From Bacteroidales bacterium (lineage in GTDB: Bacteria; Bacteroidota; Bacteroidia; Bacteroidales; FEN-979): DNA of 32,000 bases. A program made the translations under genes and the position numbers. The stretch spans positions 163,179 through 195,178 of the forward strand of contig JBBRTX010000004.1 of NCBI GenBank assembly GCA_038244085.1, in the 5' to 3' direction. This document shows positions 28,701 to 32,000 of the stretch, one piece after another (the stretch's first letter is position 1; every line of letters begins with the position of its first letter). The notes under the pieces were generated by a model. It was given only the letters and a program-made list of their open reading frames with translations, did no database searches and was not told the DNA's origin.

Positions 28701-31183
28701 GGCTTGGGAATGCCGTATCAGCCAAGGTTGATTTTAAACCCTGGTACCAGTATGCTTCGATGACGACTTTTTACACGCTTCCACTTCCGTTGTTATCGTC
28801 ATGTACTTCTCCGATAACGCTGGATCAGCATGCTGAAAGAGATCCTTATGCTACCGGTACGCCAACGGTCACTACCTGTTACGGTCCTTATTCCTTAACT
28901 TATGATGATAACCGTTCCGGGCTAACTTCCTGCAATGCAACCGGTACGATCATCCGCACCTGGACTGTAAAGGACTATTTTGATAATACCACAACCTGTG
29001 TTCAGAATATTGTTATCCAGGATAATGATAACCCGGTTGTTACCTGTCCATCCAATATAGTGACATATACAGATCCCGGACTATGCACTGCAGTAGAGAC
29101 ATTCAATCCAACAGCCACAGACTTCGGATTCTTCCAGGGATTTGAAAATCCTAATTGGGTTGCCGGTCTTGCCGCGAACAATCCTTCTGTTGATTGGAAT
29201 GAATATAGTAGCCCAATTGTTCGAGTTACTTCCGGAACTGATGGTATCACTTCAAAGTCTGGGAGTGCACATGCCGTTATAAATTCCACAGCTAACATTA
29301 ATCCAAATACTACGGGCGCATTTGGTCGACTAGGTGGATATAATGGTACTTTCGGCTTAGGCTTTATTTCGAAAGTGGATGTCTATTTTAATATGTCAGA
29401 TGGACGCATATCTACCGGTACTTACGGATGGGACCTTGATCAGGCCGTTAGCAGTAGCAGTGCTGGATTCCTGCGTGATTTCGTTTACCATGTCGGCGGA
29501 GATAACACCGGAATATATGTGTGCGCAAGCAATAACTCAAATAATGTAATCCCGGCAATGAGCCCTGCTTATATTCAAACCCAGCCTCATGCTACAATTA
29601 CTGCAACAGGATGGTACACAATGGAGTGGGAAGCACGTGATAATGCAGGTTTCCTGGCTATGGATTTCAATATACGCAATGCTTCAGGTGCAATTGTATG
29701 GACAACTACTATCAACACTACCGATGCTATTGCTGGTGTAGGTGGAAATCGTTATATGTGGTTCAATTTTATCGCTGCTGATAAACTGGCAATTGATAAT
29801 ACAAGTTTATTACGCAAGTTATCGGTTACTGCATCCCCGGTAAGCGAAACTGTATTTGATATCGGCTCAACTCCTGTGAATGTTACATCCTTGGATGCTT
29901 GCGGAAAAACAGGAACCTGTAGCTTCACTGTGACCGTCGAAACTGTATCCATAGCCGGCGCCATTACCTATTATAACACTGCAAACACTCCGATGAATAA
30001 TGTGACCGTCAATCTCAAGCAGGGTGGTGCTACAAAATATACTGCTGTTGCAAATGGATTTGGCGGCTATTCTTTCTCCGGTGTGTGTAACGGCAATTAT
30101 GATGTGGTATTCTCGACTTCCAAACCTGCTGGTGGTATCAACTCGACTGATGCTGCACAGGTAAATGCCTGGTCGGTAGGACCGCAGTATTCAATTGAAA
30201 AGGTGAGGTTCTTTGCCGGTGATGTTGTTAGGGACGGAAACATTCTGCCTCTTGATGCCCAGAGAATTGTACAATACTTTGTATCCGGCGGAGCTCTTGC
30301 ATTCAATCCTGATTGGACTTACTGGAAAACAAATGACCCTACCACAACGAACGCGGGTACTTATGCTTTGACACTGAATGTAACCGGTCCGCTGACGCAG
30401 AATTTTTATGCGCTGGCAACCGGAGACTTTAACCGCAGCTTTATTCCTGGCGGTGCCAAGAGCGCAAGTGACAACCTTGAATTGAATATCAATGGCAGCA
30501 TACAGGCAGAGAAGGGGATTGAGTTCGAATTACCGGTCTATGCAAGTGCTGCAATGGATGTGACGGCTGTTTCGATGATCCTCAACGTTCCGTCTGATAA
30601 ACTTGAAGTGACAGGAATCTACCTCGGCGCTAACCTGGCAAGTCCGCTGGATTATGCGGCAACCGGCGATGAACTCAGGATCGGATGGCAATCACTTTCC
30701 CCCGTTTCCCTGAATCCAGGTGAAAAACTTCTCACCCTGAAGCTCAGGTTGAAGGTTGAACTGGGAGAAGGCGAGTCAATCCGTTTCAGCCTTGCCGGCA
30801 ACGAACTCAATGAGCTTGCCGATGCCGACTACGATGTTATTCCAAATGCTGTGTTATTCACAAATGCTATAGGATCAGCGCTCGGAGTTGATGTGCTGCC
30901 GGGATTCGGAACACTCACTTTTGCCAACTACCCCAATCCGTTCAGGAACCAGACAACCTTTGCTTATTCCCTGCCAGTCGACGGTTTCGTTTCGATTGAA
31001 ATCTGTAATATGCTGGGAAGTAAATTGAAAACGCTGGTGAATGAAATGCAGACAGCGGGAGATCATACCCTGACACTGGATGCCAACATCATGGGGCCGG
31101 GCGTTTACATCGCTACCTTAAGGCTTAACGCAAAAGGCCAGCAATTCAATCGACTGATCAAGATTATACGCAACCAGGATTAA
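22715..31183 (+). CDS. Giant (2822 aa) T9SS-secreted multidomain surface protein: signal peptide, cohesin-like module, four right-handed beta-helix cassettes, HYR-like modules, dockerin-like segment, second cohesin-like module, T9SS C-terminal sorting domain
   Basis: Single uninterrupted 8.5 kb ORF. The N-terminal signal peptide is MMKQLFTLLIALFTLCSVAFS|A. Domain calls are listed separately below. N/T/G/S-rich composition is typical of PbH1 beta-helix proteins. Confidence 0.9.
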   Translation: MMKQLFTLLIALFTLCSVAFSANYHVTLYSADATPVGGIATSSPSPQILGTGSWQNNQAASKMELYLPLTALGSFTIDDIVSLKFSTQKTTPIPASPDLDFFWSIYTMPYTGGFATWYGQKLTSEPMYYNGYVSLYNAWSTYQTGGTSNQMTFFDSNHSPIGYNNAPTLVDIQAGLVNFNYTAPYWTSGTGIDYGAQTVKYISIATGGAWNSAMLSYLDNIIITLTNGNTLTIDLENGYPNPITTIQAPISLSCGTYDVPVTVKDFSAIGAISLNLNYDPLVFDYQGVTLNPAIATATYQNLSGVFTLGQFISPEPVTLPDNAVLFTLHLNLKPAISGAATNFTWSTVSGQCEYAGPGGTPTYVSSFVDRSWPIPVRPVKNTDTGLEYCTIQAAIDAASAGNTITVAAGTYAENLTINKSLIILGPNAASDGCGSRIAEAIIVPATNSPADWSSQLVLLTASNITIKGLTFDGDNPLLNGAGDYNVSQGIVGSTGQANIVIENNILKNMTSAAVYLCDDATTSSTSGNIINKNKIDNISPTAGFGIGVYTGNNTYVDITNNCMTNVRKGIQGGENNHKANAGNISPVWSGNTIQSYKIGIWNNLAYSLATPVTITGNTVTTVSGSTINSGIEISSIQGTSSVNVYGNTVTGAMAGINLWSNTTTGPLAIGANTFIDCSYGVFANNYDGYSSNANSSSYIINGGTITNPLLAAVYVKDNLLNSNGATVAVNIAGTSISGTASGMKAFLVEGGSASLSFSGAQPQATIVGAPKYIVLQSNTLDVPAGNIDATLVMLDTKYGSTMDLPTLFAAEDRIDHKIDNAALGFVTVKANNDYVTVNSFVAPNTTPLIQRGIDVASTGWTVNVAEGTYNKVVNINKANLTLKGIGPNKPLIIPDGTDAPQTDGRRVGIYINEVDGVTIDNFEVDGTNSTILQYGIYGFNTYSTTVKNCKVHDIGAIDNSTGIGILYFGYDHDIKNAIIDDNIVYNTGRQGIIVNAMNETPFNWLLNDNNKIRNNTVHDCWKTGNNGASVQIIGALNSEISGNTVYNTFNRNMTYGISIMGSAGINNSITGNILYNNDRAIFIESIYNSVLWGSNAAASPRIVSNSIIGSIYNLNNANNLLLDASCNWWGTNTVSGVSSLISGLVNYTPWLIDGTDMGNPGFVPGGSCSGATDLFVNDGTLNVNDIYTTAIGNDANPGTHSAPFLTIGKAVSTAVAGTKIWVDAGTFQEQISVGKTVDITGVDRTKTIVKAPTTLFGFINANGTSYAIIYANGNTNTINIDKILVDGDNGRPDATFTGVHYFAANGAFTNSRITAIRNNPFSGVQGGTAFTANHQWDISVLQTVTVDNNIIDDYQKAGIVINELNTQGIITNNTVTGQNIPLVTGQNGIQLAYGAYGTITGNIVTNNIWNKVEHPHVWTASGILLVGVGIDYHNAATGKLTVVDGNNLNGNEVGLFVAGDNTFGYTSNAGLTINPNTFSNNKIHVSMNSPSIVPSAPVSYDKRVDNPDQTNIVFGCIQYAIDEASTGNTLNASAGTFIENVNVHTAVSILGPNAAINPNTGARGPEAYVKPAATDVSNGIVFIVQKSNTIIKGFTIDGDNPGLSGGTNVFGIDVNARGGICNGLFNGPYSQVDNLRFENNIFKDFISDGIYIENSFGANYSWNYLVNNQFDKMREGVQTYALHADISGNFMTHVNRGISIHGTNTACDDGFVPKINNNDITLSWQWVHPSLSGNRAIGIWVNYRRQNAADLIVNTNIIRFPEAISGGISAWGIYSITMDDNRKVTYTGNSVIGAGNCNIGYYTSAVSSPNVKVTGGSLSGIKDYGVLATTNDPVWGAGDASVTLDNVNISVAAGGIGVKAYMDPAASSNVAVVNVTNNCDITGGTTGILAEGVHASVSVTNNVTTITGNQVGILIKNGGNLLSCNNNTITNNTVGGIIIESTAGTIGIISDNTISGNGPAPHGLGVSNAKSSSVNAINNWWGDATGPYNDPNNTCGLGNAVSAKVDFKPWYQYASMTTFYTLPLPLLSSCTSPITLDQHAERDPYATGTPTVTTCYGPYSLTYDDNRSGLTSCNATGTIIRTWTVKDYFDNTTTCVQNIVIQDNDNPVVTCPSNIVTYTDPGLCTAVETFNPTATDFGFFQGFENPNWVAGLAANNPSVDWNEYSSPIVRVTSGTDGITSKSGSAHAVINSTANINPNTTGAFGRLGGYNGTFGLGFISKVDVYFNMSDGRISTGTYGWDLDQAVSSSSAGFLRDFVYHVGGDNTGIYVCASNNSNNVIPAMSPAYIQTQPHATITATGWYTMEWEARDNAGFLAMDFNIRNASGAIVWTTTINTTDAIAGVGGNRYMWFNFIAADKLAIDNTSLLRKLSVTASPVSETVFDIGSTPVNVTSLDACGKTGTCSFTVTVETVSIAGAITYYNTANTPMNNVTVNLKQGGATKYTAVANGFGGYSFSGVCNGNYDVVFSTSKPAGGINSTDAAQVNAWSVGPQYSIEKVRFFAGDVVRDGNILPLDAQRIVQYFVSGGALAFNPDWTYWKTNDPTTTNAGTYALTLNVTGPLTQNFYALATGDFNRSFIPGGAKSASDNLELNINGSIQAEKGIEFELPVYASAAMDVTAVSMILNVPSDKLEVTGIYLGANLASPLDYAATGDELRIGWQSLSPVSLNPGEKLLTLKLRLKVELGEGESIRFSLAGNELNELADADYDVIPNAVLFTNAIGSALGVDVLPGFGTLTFANYPNPFRNQTTFAYSLPVDGFVSIEICNMLGSKLKTLVNEMQTAGDHTLTLDANIMGPGVYIATLRLNAKGQQFNRLIKIIRNQD
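23441..23839 (+). other. Cohesin-like module 1 (aa ~243-375)
   Basis: ...GTYDVPVTVKDFSAIGAISLNLNYDPLVFDYQGVTLNP...GVFTLGQF...DNAVLFTLHLNLKP...TNFTW follows the cohesin pattern: a hydrophobic strand, then xPVxV, L.L.YDP..L, and later G.LFTL.F. Confidence 0.55.
23867..28750 (+). other. Four tandem right-handed parallel beta-helix (PbH1 / pectate-lyase-fold) cassettes (aa ~385-845, 846-1160, 1170-1500, 1505-2012)
   Basis: Each cassette opens with a variant of the xIQxAIDxAxxGxTIxVxxGTYxExV cap: CTIQAAIDAASAGNTITVAAGTYAENL; PLIQRGIDVASTGWTVNVAEGTYNKVV; FLTIGKAVSTAVAGTKIWVDAGTFQEQI; GCIQYAIDEASTGNTLNASAGTFIENV. Each continues with ~22-25-aa NxxxxGxxI/V turns. Cassettes 2 and 4 end with CNWWGTN...YTPW and NNWWGDATGP...FKPW. 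Confidence 0.7.
28796..29122 (+). other. Cys-containing Ig-like/HYR-like region (aa ~2028-2136)
   Basis: ...TVTTCYGPYSLTYDDNRSGLTSCNATGTIIRTWTVKDYFDNTTTCVQNIVIQDNDNPVVTCPSNIVTYTDPGLCTAVETFNPTATD. The xPxxxCPxxIxxxxDxGxCxAxVxxxxPxAxD stretch is the N-terminal half of an HYR-type repeat. Confidence 0.5.
30125..30289 (+). other. Dockerin-like segment (aa ~2471-2525)
   Basis: The second repeat GDVVRDGNILPLDAQRIVQYFV fits the dockerin Ca-loop/helix pattern D-x-x-x-D-G-x-I-x-x-x-D-A-x-x-I. The first repeat AGGINSTDAAQVNAW keeps G-x-I-N-x-x-D-A but lacks the first acidic ligands. Confidence 0.5.
30476..30874 (+). other. Cohesin-like module 2 (aa ~2588-2720)
   Basis: LELNINGSIQAEKGIEFELPVYASAAMDVTAVSMILNVPSDKLEVTGIYLG...GDELRIGWQSLSPVSLNPGEKLLTLKLRLKVELGEGESIRFSL follows the cohesin strand pattern. 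Confidence 0.55.
30911..31180 (+). other. Type IX secretion system C-terminal sorting domain (Por_Secre_tail, TIGR04183-like)
   Basis: ANYPNPFRNQTTFAYSLPVDGFVSIEICNMLGSKLKTLVNEMQTAGDHTLTLDANIMGPGVYIATLRLNAKGQQFNRLIKIIRN shows the canonical NYPNPF...I.i.d..G......l.....G.h...ld...l..GvY...l......K.i.k layout at the extreme C-terminus. Confidence 0.85.
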
Positions 31184-31190
31184 CAGAAAA

Positions 31191-31234
31191 AACGAGAACG
31201 GGAGCAAGATTCTCCCGTTCTCGTTTTTATTTAT
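31191..31234 (+). terminator. Rho-independent terminator after the giant gene
   Basis: Perfect 14-bp stem AACGAGAACGGGAG (31191-31204) / CTCCCGTTCTCGTT (31212-31225), a 7-nt loop, then TTTATTTAT. It begins 8 nt after the stop codon. Confidence 0.8.
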
Positions 31235-31335
31235 CAATGGAAAAATATTATCTAACTCATTATTAAACAAAAAGATTGAAGAGAGAAGAGATCGTTGGAT
31301 TTTTTTGAAAATTTAATTTTTTTTCAAGCTGGGAA

Positions 31336-32000
31336 ATGAAAAAAATTAAACAAATAGCGTGGGTTCTTATTTATTTACCCTTCATCGGTATTCAGGCTCA
31401 AAACGGACCTGTTACCCTTGCAGGCAATATTGTTACACCGGATTCTTCAATTACACTTCCTGTTATTGCTTCCGATTTTAACAACATCGGAAGTTGTGGC
31501 TTGCAACTGTTGTATGATCCGGAAATTATGATTGCCACTGCCGTTACTGCCGGTCCGCTTCTTGGCGGCAATTTGAATTCAAACCTTACCGTTGCGGGCC
31601 GGATAATCCTGGGATGGTACACCTGGCCAGGTGTTTCTCTGGCCGACAGCACGGTGATTTTTAACATTGTTTTTTCAAGAGCCATAACCGGGACTTCTGC
31701 TATTACCTGGTTTGATGATGGTTACTCTTGTTATTACAGCAATGGTCAATCTGTCATCTTAAACGATCTGCCTTCCAATAACTACTATATCAATGGTTCT
31801 GTGACTTTTCAGTTGCCAGCGCCCTTTACGATGGCTCCTTCAATCAGTGCGTTTCCGGGTACAACTGTTGATATCCCTATTAGGATATCCGGCTTCCGGG
31901 ATATCGGGAAGATCAACCTTGTCCTTCAATATGATCCGCTGGTGCTTTCCTTGCAGACCTGGTCGGATTCCTCCGGATTTCCGGGCTTGACGGTTCGGGA
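31336..32000 (+). CDS. Secreted protein with tandem cohesin-like modules (5' part; runs off the window end)
   Basis: Absent from the ORF track because it is open-ended. ATG at 31336 gives MKKIKQIAWVLIYLPFIGIQAQ (signal peptide). Next comes ...ITLPVIASDFNNIGSCGLQLLYDPEIMIATAV...ADSTVIFNIVFSR...ITWF..., followed by a second module, ...TVDIPIRISGFRDIGKINLVLQYDPLVLSLQTW... The frame stays open for 221 codons to the window edge. Confidence 0.7.
   Translation, partial: MKKIKQIAWVLIYLPFIGIQAQNGPVTLAGNIVTPDSSITLPVIASDFNNIGSCGLQLLYDPEIMIATAVTAGPLLGGNLNSNLTVAGRIILGWYTWPGVSLADSTVIFNIVFSRAITGTSAITWFDDGYSCYYSNGQSVILNDLPSNNYYINGSVTFQLPAPFTMAPSISAFPGTTVDIPIRISGFRDIGKINLVLQYDPLVLSLQTWSDSSGFPGLTVR

Noticed and set aside
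22715-31183. Possibility of nucleotide-level tandem repeats, a DGR variable region or phase-variation tracts in the giant gene
   Set aside because: I saw no long exact DNA repeats, no homopolymer or short-tandem-repeat tracts of notable length, and no reverse transcriptase or template-repeat-like copy in the window. The repetition exists only at the protein-motif level.
31226-31335. TGG-N8-GA (TTGGATTTTTTTGAAA) upstream of the downstream cohesin-like gene as a sigma54 promoter
   Set aside because: The spacing between GG and the -12-like G is 8 nt rather than 10. No TGTTAC-type repeats accompany it.

Overview
This 32 kb window looks like chromosome from a Bacteroidota-type organism. Supporting signs are a T9SS C-terminal sorting domain, TAnnTTTG-like -7 boxes, no obvious Shine-Dalgarno sites, and CCC-motif and DUF2279-type membrane proteins. 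All calls come from reading the ORF translations and the DNA by eye; no searches were run.

Positions 1-18.4 kb are ordinary, tightly packed housekeeping genes:
- kup (partial), a dedA-family gene and a CPA2 antiporter
- pnuC plus a kinase-only NadR-like gene
- a GT4 glycosyltransferase and a Wzx-like flippase
- parE, an RSH-type HD hydrolase and nnr
- a small membrane protein, a DUF2279-like protein, mltG, a GNAT and dapF
- a LiaF-like / LytS-type kinase / LytTR regulator module
- pyk

Positions 18.7-32 kb are the accessory-looking part:
- a REC-PAS-PAS histidine kinase and a sigma54-dependent (NtrC-type) response regulator
- a small orphan ORF
- a repeat-rich 308 bp leader containing a -24/-12-like element
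- an 8.5 kb gene for a 2822-aa secreted protein. Its parts are a signal peptide, a cohesin-like module, four beta-helix cassettes, an HYR-like domain that appears split by an insertion, a dockerin-like segment, a second cohesin-like module and a T9SS sorting domain.
- a strong terminator
- a second gene, open at the window end, encoding tandem cohesin-like modules

I consider this candidate sigma54-controlled, T9SS-exported cohesin/dockerin-like surface assembly the most interesting content.

Secondary observations:
- phased CACCGA direct repeats upstream of the LytTR module
- an SAH-like hydrolase coupled to the NAD(P)HX repair gene
- mutually exclusive hairpins in the kinase-regulator spacer

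I recognised no rRNA, tRNA, CRISPR array, transposase or integrase.
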